This document shows positions 47,065 through 55,737 of a stretch of 64,000 bases of DNA, piece after piece. Location: NCBI GenBank assembly GCA_938082545.1, contig CALKCL010000004.1:3687-67686 (forward strand), read 5' to 3'. The position numbers and the translations under genes were made by a program. The notes beneath the pieces were generated by a model. The model did no database searches. It was given only the letters and a program-made list of their open reading frames with translations, and was not told where the DNA came from. Positions within the stretch are counted from its first letter, which is position 1; the number at the start of each line of letters is the position of its first letter. This stretch comes from an uncultured Gammaproteobacteria bacterium (lineage in GTDB: Bacteria; Pseudomonadota; Gammaproteobacteria; Ga0077536).

Positions 47065-48084
47065 ATGCGTTTTGGTGTTATGCAAGATTTTCGGAACCCT
47101 ATTAGATGGAGACGTCCATTTCCTGATTTTTACAAGCAAATTTTGACACAAATTCAAAAATGTGAAGATGCCGGATACGACAACATTTGGCTCACAGAAC
47201 ATCATTTCACAGATGATGCTTATAACCCTTCATTAATGACTACTGCTGCAGCTGTTGCGATGAAGACAACCACTATTAGAATTGGAACTTTCATAGTCAT
47301 ACTTCCGTATCAGCACCCTGTGCTAATGGCAGAACAAGTAGCCAACGTGGATATTTTATCTGATGGGAGGTTTGACCTAGGGGTAGGCCAAGGTTATTCC
47401 CATTACGAATTCGACGCATTTTGTATGAACCGTAGTGAGCGTGGCCAAAGAACCCGCGAAGGGATTCAGCTAATAGAACGTTTATTTAAAGATGAGAAGG
47501 TCACGTTTGATGGGAAGTACACTCAAGTAAAAGATATGCGCCTCTCTCCGAAGCCAGTCCAAGAACCTGTCCCAATATGGATAGGCGCACGCGGACCAAA
47601 AGCGATTACAAAAGCAGCAGAAATGGGATATCACCTGATGGCTACTCTAGGGCCTGATCCGGCACCGATTTACTTGGAAACTTTGCAAAAATCAGGCAAG
47701 AACATTGAAGACTTTAAAATTGCGCAACTAAGAATGGTTTACTGTGCAGAGACTGAAGACCAGGCGTGGGCTGAATGCCAAGATCACTTATTTCACATGT
47801 TGGAATTTTATCAAGACATTCTTTCCGAAGCGGCTGATGCTGAGGGCGATGATGCACCTCTACCCGTTCAGAAACCATCAGACATGCGCGATTCGGTTCT
47901 GGCTGAGCACTTCATGATTGGAACACCAGATCAAATTGCTCACAAAATAGAGCGTTTTTCTCAAGATTTCCACTGTACAGATTTCATTTTGGACAGCCAG
48001 TTTCCTGGCCTCGATCCGAGTCTGGGAACCCGTGCATTGGAGCTTTTTGCTAAGGAAGTAATGCCTCAATTCCAGGGCAAATAA
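47065..48084 (+). CDS. luciferase-like (LLM) flavin-dependent oxidoreductase
   Basis: GYDNIWLTEHH, DILSDGRFDLGVGQGY and PIWIGARG. GAGGAG RBS. Paralogue of the 32300-33328 gene. Confidence 0.8.
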   Translation: MRFGVMQDFRNPIRWRRPFPDFYKQILTQIQKCEDAGYDNIWLTEHHFTDDAYNPSLMTTAAAVAMKTTTIRIGTFIVILPYQHPVLMAEQVANVDILSDGRFDLGVGQGYSHYEFDAFCMNRSERGQRTREGIQLIERLFKDEKVTFDGKYTQVKDMRLSPKPVQEPVPIWIGARGPKAITKAAEMGYHLMATLGPDPAPIYLETLQKSGKNIEDFKIAQLRMVYCAETEDQAWAECQDHLFHMLEFYQDILSEAADAEGDDAPLPVQKPSDMRDSVLAEHFMIGTPDQIAHKIERFSQDFHCTDFILDSQFPGLDPSLGTRALELFAKEVMPQFQGK

Positions 48085-48124
48085 GCTCGGAAATTGAGAC
48101 ATATAAGCGTCGCCTAACGTCTTA

Positions 48125-48547
48125 TTAGGCGGCTGCTATACCATCAATAATAGCAGCATAGAGACCTTCTAATGCTCCCTGTACTTCCTCTTCAGGAGCT
48201 CCGCCTGTTGCACTCCAGTTACTGCCCCATGATATATGAGTGCCGCCGTCTTTCGTGTCCGCTAGCGTTACTATTGCCACATAATTCTCAACAGGCAAAG
48301 CATCGTTTTCAATGATTGAGTACCCAAAAACTGACTCATCATGAGCAATGTCCATTCGCTCAACGACCGTCCCGCTTCCGTCGGCAAGCACAATAGTTCT
48401 AACTGCCCCCACTCCTTCGCCAATACTTTCACAAGAGCCGATTGCGTCTGGCAGAATTTTCTTTATCCCGCCAAAATCGTAAAGAGACGCGAACACCTCA
48501 CTCCGAGAAGTTGATATATTTCTTTCTACTAGTGCATCATAAGCCAT
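48125..48547 (-). CDS. SRPBCC (Bet v1 / polyketide-cyclase-like) ligand-binding protein
   Basis: About 140 aa with an alternating beta pattern and a C-terminal helix. ATG 48547 is preceded by GGAGG 7 nt upstream. Confidence 0.55.
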   Translation of the reverse strand: MAYDALVERNISTSRSEVFASLYDFGGIKKILPDAIGSCESIGEGVGAVRTIVLADGSGTVVERMDIAHDESVFGYSIIENDALPVENYVAIVTLADTKDGGTHISWGSNWSATGGAPEEEVQGALEGLYAAIIDGIAAA

Positions 48548-48580
48548 GATTAGGCCTCCCAAATTAATTTAAATTTTGCG

Positions 48581-48599
48581 TATTCTATTTACTAGAATA
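48581..48599. promoter_or_regulatory. inverted repeat TATTCTA-N5-TAGAATA (candidate operator)
   Basis: Perfect 7-bp arms, 34-52 nt upstream of the SRPBCC start codon. Confidence 0.3.
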
Positions 48600-48738
48600 A
48601 TCAGATGTTAGCGAGTTAATACCCCACCGTCGAGAGCTAGTGTGCATAGCGTAGTAATTTAAGTGAGAAGCTTCACTATAATCGGTGAGGCTCAATCTAA
48701 CTGCTAATCACCTGCAGGCGTATCAGCAAGCAGCTAAA

Positions 48739-49983
48739 CTATGTCATACACCCTGCATCAGAATATTGACGAGCAAAATCGAGTATTTTAGGGGCAATAG
48801 CTTGTCTCCATCTCTCGCCGTGAAACAACCCGTAGTGTCCTGCTTCCGGATCGGTATATTCGGCATGTAAACATTCGGGGAGATTAGTGCACAAATCGTG
48901 CGCAGCCCGAGTTTGTCCAATACCTGAGATGTCATCATGCCGGCCTTCTATAGTCAAAAGAGCAGTTTTCCGTATACAGGACGGATCGACTTTTCTCCCC
49001 CTGTGGAGCATTATCCCCTCGGCAAGATGATGCTCCTGAAAGACTTTTTTTATTGTATCAAGATAGTATTCTGCAGGAAGGTCCATTACAGACAAATATT
49101 CATCGTAAAACTTTCGATGAGCGGCTACAGGCTCAAGATCTTCATTGATTAAGTTCACCCATTGCGATCGATAGGCAGCTATATGTTTGTCAATGTTCAT
49201 ACCCATGAAACCTCCTAACTGGAGAAAGCCCGGATAAACCATCCTTGATGCCCCTTTTTGAGAGGCAGGTACGGTCATCAGGGCATTTTTCTCGAACCAG
49301 GATAACGAGCGAGATTGAGCGAAGCGATTGGGCGCGGTAGGGCTTTGGCGAGTATCAATTGGACATCCAATAAGCGTAAGCGTTTTAGGCTGACACGGGC
49401 TATTATCCTCGGCCAAGAGACTCACTGCGGCCACCACGGAAGGTCCTGGCTGGCACACGCTTACAATATGCAAATTTTCGCCCAAGAGCTCTGTAAAATA
49501 GCGTATGTAATCCACGTAGTTATCGAGATTAAACGCTCCTTCATCTACAGGGACATCTCGCGCGTTCTTCCAGTCTGTTATGTAGACATCGAAATTCTGT
49601 ACAAGCGTTTCAACCGTTCCTCGAAGTAAAGTGGAAAAATGACCCGATAGCGGTGCTACAACTAGCATTTTTGGCAATTTATTTTCAGATTCTTCGCTAG
49701 AGCGAGAGAAGTGGATTAGGTTACAGAATACTTTACTGTCAATAATTGCTTCTTGGAAAAAGCTTTGCGCGTGCGTATCGGACACATCACGCACGTGCCA
49801 GTGTGGTTTAGAGTAACTGAGAGTGCAGTCTCCGACAAAATCCGCGAGCACTGCCGAAGATTTAACAAGATAATCATTCCGCCATGGGTTTGCCGGATCG
49901 TCCATTATGGAGGCTGTCATCTCTGAAAAAGACCTCATTGAAGCCGCTGACGCTCGAATAGCCTCATGCCATTGGTACAACAA
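48739..49983 (-). CDS. phaZ: intracellular polyhydroxyalkanoate depolymerase (PhaZ family)
   Basis: MLYQWHE..., VVAPLSGHFSTLLR, YITDW, VCQPGPSV, DTRQSPT, YPGFLQLGGFM, FYDEYLSVMDLPAEYYL and GRHDDISGIGQT blocks are colinear with PhaZ as I recall it. TTG start. Confidence 0.75.
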   Translation of the reverse strand: MLYQWHEAIRASAASMRSFSEMTASIMDDPANPWRNDYLVKSSAVLADFVGDCTLSYSKPHWHVRDVSDTHAQSFFQEAIIDSKVFCNLIHFSRSSEESENKLPKMLVVAPLSGHFSTLLRGTVETLVQNFDVYITDWKNARDVPVDEGAFNLDNYVDYIRYFTELLGENLHIVSVCQPGPSVVAAVSLLAEDNSPCQPKTLTLIGCPIDTRQSPTAPNRFAQSRSLSWFEKNALMTVPASQKGASRMVYPGFLQLGGFMGMNIDKHIAAYRSQWVNLINEDLEPVAAHRKFYDEYLSVMDLPAEYYLDTIKKVFQEHHLAEGIMLHRGRKVDPSCIRKTALLTIEGRHDDISGIGQTRAAHDLCTNLPECLHAEYTDPEAGHYGLFHGERWRQAIAPKILDFARQYSDAGCMT

Positions 49984-50133
49984 ATTAACTCTCCAAAATA
50001 AATTTTGCTGAATAGGTCATATTGCACTGCAGCATAACTGATGAGCGACCCTCTTATCAAGCGCCAATAAAGTTGAAAGGACTGTCGTCAGCTTTAATTT
50101 ATAGTATTGTGTGAACCACGGGGGGAGCAGACT

Positions 50134-50577
50134 ATGACTATTAAACGACTCGACCATTATTTTATTTATGCTCAAAGCCTAGATAGGACTGCAGATTTTT
50201 ACTCTAATATTTTAGGCCTTGAGTTGGGACCTAGACCTAATTTTGACTTCGCTGGAAGCTGGTTTTATTTAGATGGTGTCCCAGTAGTACATGCGGGGAC
50301 AGCGGACTTTGCAGGGGGTTACCCCGATAACGAGATCAAAAATAAATCAAATCTGAAAAATGGCACTGGGAGGCTCGATCACATCGCATTTAGAGCGGAT
50401 AATATTCAAGAATTTGAAGCTAGATTAACAAAAGCTGAAATAGACTTTCACATACAAGAGGTGAAGAATTTTAATTTAACTCAATTGTTTGTTAAGGACC
50501 CTGATGGTTTAACTATTGAGTTGAATTTTTTCGATAACGAACAAACTGCGGACAGCTTGAAAACAGAAACAATATAG
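50134..50577 (+). CDS. VOC (glyoxalase/bleomycin-resistance/dioxygenase) family protein
   Basis: IKRLDHYFIYA...FYSNILGLE...LDHIAFRA...FVKDPDGLTIEL. ATG 50134 with a GGGGGAG RBS. Confidence 0.7.
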   Translation: MTIKRLDHYFIYAQSLDRTADFYSNILGLELGPRPNFDFAGSWFYLDGVPVVHAGTADFAGGYPDNEIKNKSNLKNGTGRLDHIAFRADNIQEFEARLTKAEIDFHIQEVKNFNLTQLFVKDPDGLTIELNFFDNEQTADSLKTETI

Positions 50578-50618
50578 AAAATACTAGTTCAAAGAACAAA
50601 GCCCAGAAGGACAATAAT

Positions 50619-51707
50619 ATGCACGTTGGCATGAGTACAATTTTCCAGAACCCTAATTCATTGGATGACCGCAGCGTTTACCGCAACGAATTACGGTTAG
50701 CCGAAATGGCAGAACCTCTAGGCTTTGAGTCTGTGTGGGGGGTAGAACACCATTTCACAGACTATACCATGTGCCCAGATCCTCTTCAATTTTTAACTTA
50801 CATGGCGGGTCGCACAAAAAAAGTCAAACTTGGAACTATGGTTGTTGTTTTACCCTGGCATGATCCAATGCGTGTTGCAGAGCAAATTTCCATGCTAGAC
50901 AACATCTCCAACGGACGGGCTATACTGGGTCTAGGGAGAGGCGCTGGGAGGGTAGAATTTGATGCTTTTCGTCAAGATATGGCCGATTCTCGTCCGAGGT
51001 TCGTGGAAAGTGCAGAGTGTGTCCTGTCTGGGTTAGAAAACGGTTTTTGCGAATACCAAGGCAAATTCGTAAATCAACCTAAGGCACTGATCCGGCCTGC
51101 GCCATTTAAATCCTTTAAGGGTCGCACTTATGCCGCTGCGGTGTCACCCGAATCAGTAGAAATTATGGCGAAACTCGGAATAGGCCTATTAGTCATCCCT
51201 CAAAAACCATGGGAGCTGGTAGAGAAAGAAATCGCCCACTATAACGAGGCCTTTGTGCGTCTAAATGGTGAAGAGCCTCCCGCCCCTATCATGGCGGGTT
51301 GGACTATGTGTAACTCAGATAAAGACACCGCTTACAAAATGGCTAAGCAATATATCGGGGGATATTGGCAGACAGTACTCGACCACTACAACTTCGACAC
51401 AGGTCATTTAAAAGGTCAAAAAGGTTACGAATATTATGGTAAATTCGCCGATGCCATGGACAAATCTGGAGTGGATGCAGCGATCGAATTTTTCATGGGT
51501 TTACAGACTTGGGGCACTCCAGACGAGTGCTATGAGACTATTGTGAAAAATGCTCGAAGAATCGGGGCTGAAGCATACATTGGGATCTTTAGTTATGCGG
51601 GCATGCCCTGGAGCGAAGCTGAACGAAACCTAAAATGTTTTGCGACTGAAGTCATGCCAAGACTACAAAAACTAGAGATGTCTGGAAATGTCTCTTGGGC
51701 CGCCTAG
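50619..51707 (+). CDS. luciferase-like (LLM) monooxygenase, LuxA/alkanal-monooxygenase-like subtype
   Basis: FESVWGVEHHFTDY, LDNISNGRAILGLGRG. 362 aa. Confidence 0.8.
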   Translation: MHVGMSTIFQNPNSLDDRSVYRNELRLAEMAEPLGFESVWGVEHHFTDYTMCPDPLQFLTYMAGRTKKVKLGTMVVVLPWHDPMRVAEQISMLDNISNGRAILGLGRGAGRVEFDAFRQDMADSRPRFVESAECVLSGLENGFCEYQGKFVNQPKALIRPAPFKSFKGRTYAAAVSPESVEIMAKLGIGLLVIPQKPWELVEKEIAHYNEAFVRLNGEEPPAPIMAGWTMCNSDKDTAYKMAKQYIGGYWQTVLDHYNFDTGHLKGQKGYEYYGKFADAMDKSGVDAAIEFFMGLQTWGTPDECYETIVKNARRIGAEAYIGIFSYAGMPWSEAERNLKCFATEVMPRLQKLEMSGNVSWAA

Positions 51708-51729
51708 TCTTAAAGTTGTGCTAGATCTT

Positions 51730-53043
51730 ATGGCTGGAAGAGTCTTGCCTGCATTATGCTGTGCCTTACTGATAGGTTATCCGTTGTCGCACACCAAGGC
51801 TGCTGATTACGTGCATGATATAGAGGAATTGAATGAAATCAGCCCTCGACCGGGACTAATAATTAACGACACTAATCTCCATAAGTACCAACACCTGTTA
51901 GACCCTGATTTCAAGAAATTTGTTAAGAGTAAGTTTCTAACGTTAACAGTTGGTGAGCCTATAGCTTTCAATCCCCATGAAGCTTTCTTGAGTTCTATCC
52001 ATCAGCAAGGTGTTGAACCTTATCTGCCAGAGACACCAGGGACCATAGCTGACTTTCAGCAAGGTCTTCCTTTTGGTGGAGAACTCAAGATAAACGATCC
52101 GGATGCAGGACTTAAATTAGCTTGGAATATGCGTTACGCCTATCAAGGGGACAATGGCAACATCCCAGAGATGCATTGGACCTTGAGGGACTGGCGCAGC
52201 GAGAAAGTCGAGTTCAAGATGACATTTAAAGCCAAACTTATGCGCTTCATGTATCGACATGTCTTACAACCAACACCATCTATCATGAATAATGCACAGG
52301 ATGCATATGGGGCATTTAGGCTCGAAGCTATTGACGCCGGAAGTTATGATGGAACTCAAGCCCTTGTGTTTGTCAATAGAGACGAATCCAAGCCCCTTAA
52401 TGGCTGGGTATATATTCCACAGCTCGGGCGAACTCAAACTCTGGCTTCGTTTTCGCGAGAGGAATCGATGTTTGGTAGCGATATTTTGCCTAGCGACTTC
52501 ATGGGCTACACCGCCAGTTTGACTGCGATGAACTGGAAGTTCAAAGGACGTACTTTTGCCCTTCTCCCCATGTATCAGCATGACCGCGCAACTACATCTG
52601 ATCTGAAAGCGCGAAAAGTTGACTATTGGCACACCGATTTTCATGGTCGTGCAGGGTGTTTCCCAAAAGTCAGTTGGCAATTAAGAGAAACCTATATTCT
52701 AGAAGGCACAACAGTTACCGCGTCTAAGTCAGTGTCAAAACGGGTCCTTTACATCGATGCGCAAACCCACTTGCCTATCTTGTGGAAAATGTATGACTCA
52801 AATAACTCGCTTTGGAAGTTCGCCATTAATGCATATGCGCACCCGACCTCACATGTTACGCATAATAACAATACTGGGGCTCCTATCCTGACTGCCTTCT
52901 CGACAATCGATATCCAAACCAACCGATGTACAACGATACAGGCATTAACTTTGATCAATGTTGACGACATAAGTGTCAAAGACTTTGATGCGGGGGACAT
53001 GCAAAGTGCGACCGGCAGAGATTATAAGCGGCGTGGCAGATAG
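51730..53043 (+). CDS. DUF1329-family periplasmic / outer-membrane-associated protein
   Basis: Signal peptide (MAGRVLPALCCALLIGYPLSHTKA) and a GLKLAWNMRYAYQG block recalled from DUF1329. About 437 aa. Start set to ATG 51730. Confidence 0.6.
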   Translation: MAGRVLPALCCALLIGYPLSHTKAADYVHDIEELNEISPRPGLIINDTNLHKYQHLLDPDFKKFVKSKFLTLTVGEPIAFNPHEAFLSSIHQQGVEPYLPETPGTIADFQQGLPFGGELKINDPDAGLKLAWNMRYAYQGDNGNIPEMHWTLRDWRSEKVEFKMTFKAKLMRFMYRHVLQPTPSIMNNAQDAYGAFRLEAIDAGSYDGTQALVFVNRDESKPLNGWVYIPQLGRTQTLASFSREESMFGSDILPSDFMGYTASLTAMNWKFKGRTFALLPMYQHDRATTSDLKARKVDYWHTDFHGRAGCFPKVSWQLRETYILEGTTVTASKSVSKRVLYIDAQTHLPILWKMYDSNNSLWKFAINAYAHPTSHVTHNNNTGAPILTAFSTIDIQTNRCTTIQALTLINVDDISVKDFDAGDMQSATGRDYKRRGR

Positions 53044-53094
53044 ACTCTGTAGGTCACATTGATTAGCAGTGTTTAGATAAAGGGGAATAACAAT

Positions 53095-54171
53095 ATGAAA
53101 TTTAGCTTGACCGTTCAAACTAGAATTACCGACTGGCATTTTATAAAACATCTAGAAGATCTAGGATACGATGCGGCCTGGGTTCCCGATACGCAGATGA
53201 TGTGGTCAGACTGCTACGCGACCATGGCACTTGCCGCCCAAAATACTTCAAGAATAAAGCTTGGAACAGGTGTAGCTATTGCAGGGACCCGAATAGCTCC
53301 TACGACTGCGGCGGCGATCTCTTCAATCAACGCGCTCGCGCCTGGTAGAGTCTTTCTGGGCATTGGGACAGGTCATACCGCTATGCGCGTGATGGGGCAA
53401 GACCCGATCTCGATCACAGAGTTTCGAGAATATTTGCGTGTAGTGAGAGCGATGCTCCGGGGGGAAGAAGTAGATTATACCTACAATGGAAGGACTACAT
53501 CGATCGTCTGGCAGGAGCATGGATCAGGGTTTCGCGACATCGAGCACCCTATTCCTATTTACATCGCCGCCAATGGGCCCCGGGCACTTAGAACGGCGGG
53601 GATGTATGGCGATGGACTCTGCTCTATCTTTAACGAGCAAATACCTGTCCTAACCTACAATCTTGAGCAAGTTCGTAAGGGAGCGCAAATAGCCAACCGC
53701 GAACTTATCAATTACCAAACAACAACACTAACGAATGCTGTGATTCTTCGTGCAGGAGAAAAGCTAACTGACGACGCCATCGTTGAAAAAGCCGGATCTT
53801 GGGCAGTAACTGCTCTGCATTTCGTCTATGAAATTTGGCGTTACACGAAAGAGGACAGCGTGGTTCCAGAGTATATGCGATCCATATGGGAAGAATACTG
53901 CGATCACGTTGATAACTTCCCACTTCCCAAAGAAAAGGCACATCAACTCATTCATGAAGGCCATTGCAGTTTTTACACTGACGAAGAAAAGAAATTCGTT
54001 ACACCAGAGATGATAGAAGGCACTACTTTAGTCGGCAGCGCAGCTGAAATAGCCGAGAAAATAACTGAGGCTGCTAAACATGGACTTACAGAAGTCAGCC
54101 TACTTCCCCCTCTCAATCACATCCGAGAAGCTGCAAAGGAATTTGCAGAAGAAGTGATCCCACTTTGCTGA
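53095..54171 (+). CDS. luciferase-like (LLM) oxidoreductase, F420/MER-like subtype
   Basis: LGYDAAWVPD, RVFLGIGTGH, IYIAANGPR. 358 aa. Confidence 0.75.
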   Translation: MKFSLTVQTRITDWHFIKHLEDLGYDAAWVPDTQMMWSDCYATMALAAQNTSRIKLGTGVAIAGTRIAPTTAAAISSINALAPGRVFLGIGTGHTAMRVMGQDPISITEFREYLRVVRAMLRGEEVDYTYNGRTTSIVWQEHGSGFRDIEHPIPIYIAANGPRALRTAGMYGDGLCSIFNEQIPVLTYNLEQVRKGAQIANRELINYQTTTLTNAVILRAGEKLTDDAIVEKAGSWAVTALHFVYEIWRYTKEDSVVPEYMRSIWEEYCDHVDNFPLPKEKAHQLIHEGHCSFYTDEEKKFVTPEMIEGTTLVGSAAEIAEKITEAAKHGLTEVSLLPPLNHIREAAKEFAEEVIPLC

Positions 54172-54207
54172 GCCCACCACCACTAGCGTCAACTTCTAGC
54201 GAGGCCG

Positions 54208-54233
54208 ATATACTACTTTTAGTATGCTTTTTT
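54208..54233 (+). terminator. possible Rho-independent terminator (AT-rich stem)
   Basis: ATACTA-CTTT-TAGTAT (54210-54225) followed by GC and T6 (54228-54233), 37 nt after the LLM stop. Confidence 0.35.
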
Positions 54234-54238
54234 AATTA

Positions 54239-54907
54239 TTAACCTAGTAAAATGTGCTCTTGGGCAATAATAAAATCTAATGGGATAGTAAGGAAATTTT
54301 CCTCATCATCACGTGTAGCCTCATACTCTACCGACTGCGCAGATTCCCTCATAGCATCAACATCTTTAAACCAGGTTAAGGCAAGGCCGTCCAGCTTGGG
54401 AGATCGGCCATTCAGATAGGAACTACTCTTTGCGTGATTTTGAACATAGCGACTTACTTGCTTGATTGAAGCTCCTAATGGCCCATGTATCTCGCGCCAA
54501 TGATGCTGGAACGCACCAACATCCATTTCAGATTTTCGACGAACAAATTCGATATTTTTCACACCCTCAACTAAAGCAGGCCCATCTTTTATTACATGCT
54601 CATCGACCAAAATTTGCACGGAAGATATCAAATCGATAAATCGCTCTTCATCATCAGAAACCTGCTGGAGTTCTTGCGATGATTGAAGGTTATAAAGAGC
54701 ATCTGTATCTTCAAACCACAACTCGCTAAGGCCGTCGGCTGCAGGCTGATGAGTAGAATAACCTGACCGCCTGGTATGAGACTGGACGTAGCGCTCCACG
54801 CTTGGTAAACGGGCAACCATTGGTCCGTGATGGTTCAGCCAGTAATTCTGAAATTCATCTACTTCCATTCCCGCTTTTCGCTTAAATACTGAAATGATTT
54901 TAATCAC
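54239..54907 (-). CDS. tandem EthD-domain protein
   Basis: Two internal repeats of roughly 100 aa each (FKRKAGMEVDEFQNYWLNHHGPMV... and VRRKSEMDVGAFQHHWREIHGPLG...). GTG start with a GGAGGA RBS. Confidence 0.6.
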   Translation of the reverse strand: MIKIISVFKRKAGMEVDEFQNYWLNHHGPMVARLPSVERYVQSHTRRSGYSTHQPAADGLSELWFEDTDALYNLQSSQELQQVSDDEERFIDLISSVQILVDEHVIKDGPALVEGVKNIEFVRRKSEMDVGAFQHHWREIHGPLGASIKQVSRYVQNHAKSSSYLNGRSPKLDGLALTWFKDVDAMRESAQSVEYEATRDDEENFLTIPLDFIIAQEHILLG

Positions 54908-55060
54908 ATCGAGTCCTCCCCAATAGTTTCTTTATTACAATAGCGCTTATACAGTACTTGGCTCAAGTACAATGTTAAATTACCATAACAATATGTTGGC
55001 TTGGTTCATGGTATAAAACTAACAAGATACGTAAATAAACAAAGATCAAATAGATTAATC

Positions 55061-55735
55061 ATGATTCTATCGACTACTATCATATTTTTTAAAGACCGCA
55101 TTGTCCCGCTACTAGTACTCATTTTAGTGTGTTTAAGTCCCTATCAATCAGCGATTGCCAGCGATGATTTATTACTGGGCGATTGGGTGCTCGACAAGCC
55201 CTCAAGTGACAACCTCAAAAAAAAGCTAAAAGGACAATTCCGACGACGACTACCTATGTCAAAATTTAATAGGCCCATCTCTGGAGGCTCTACTCGCGGT
55301 ACTGCAGGAGACGAGTCTCAGAGTAGTTATTGGAGGACCTTAAAGGAAGGGAAAGAACGGAAAGCAGCTAAAAACATAAAACGTGTCGGCACTGCTTATC
55401 CACTAATATCGGCCCAAACCCTAAACATTACTTCAAAAGAGAAAAATTACCTTTTCCTATACGACATACTTTTACCAAGAAAAATAAAACCCAACGCGTC
55501 AGGCCGAATATACTCTGCAAAGGGCGAGGAACTTGTTGAGGATAGTATAGGGCACACATTAGCTTACTGGAAAAACCAGTCTCTCATCCTCGAAACAACA
55601 AATACTATGGGGGGAACTTATCTGGAAATAGTCACGCTGAGCGCCCCAGACGAGCTTCTCTATACTATTAAATTAGACCTTCGCCTGTTGTTAGAGCCTA
55701 TTACTATAAAGAGGGTCTTTCGCCGTAAAAAATAG
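55061..55735 (+). CDS. hypothetical secreted protein
   Basis: ATG 55061 gives an N-terminal signal-like segment (MILSTTIIFFKDRIVPLLVLILVCLSPYQSAIA). No motif recognised. Confidence 0.4.
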   Translation: MILSTTIIFFKDRIVPLLVLILVCLSPYQSAIASDDLLLGDWVLDKPSSDNLKKKLKGQFRRRLPMSKFNRPISGGSTRGTAGDESQSSYWRTLKEGKERKAAKNIKRVGTAYPLISAQTLNITSKEKNYLFLYDILLPRKIKPNASGRIYSAKGEELVEDSIGHTLAYWKNQSLILETTNTMGGTYLEIVTLSAPDELLYTIKLDLRLLLEPITIKRVFRRKK

Positions 55736-55737
55736 TT

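Noticed and set aside
48111-48131. Hairpin CGCCTAA-N7-TTAGGCG between the convergent LLM and SRPBCC genes, considered as a bidirectional terminator. A weaker GGGGTC/GACCCT hairpin at about 17300 was also considered.
   Set aside because: No U-tract follows on either strand, and the 48-kb stem overlaps the SRPBCC stop codon. That is too weak to call.
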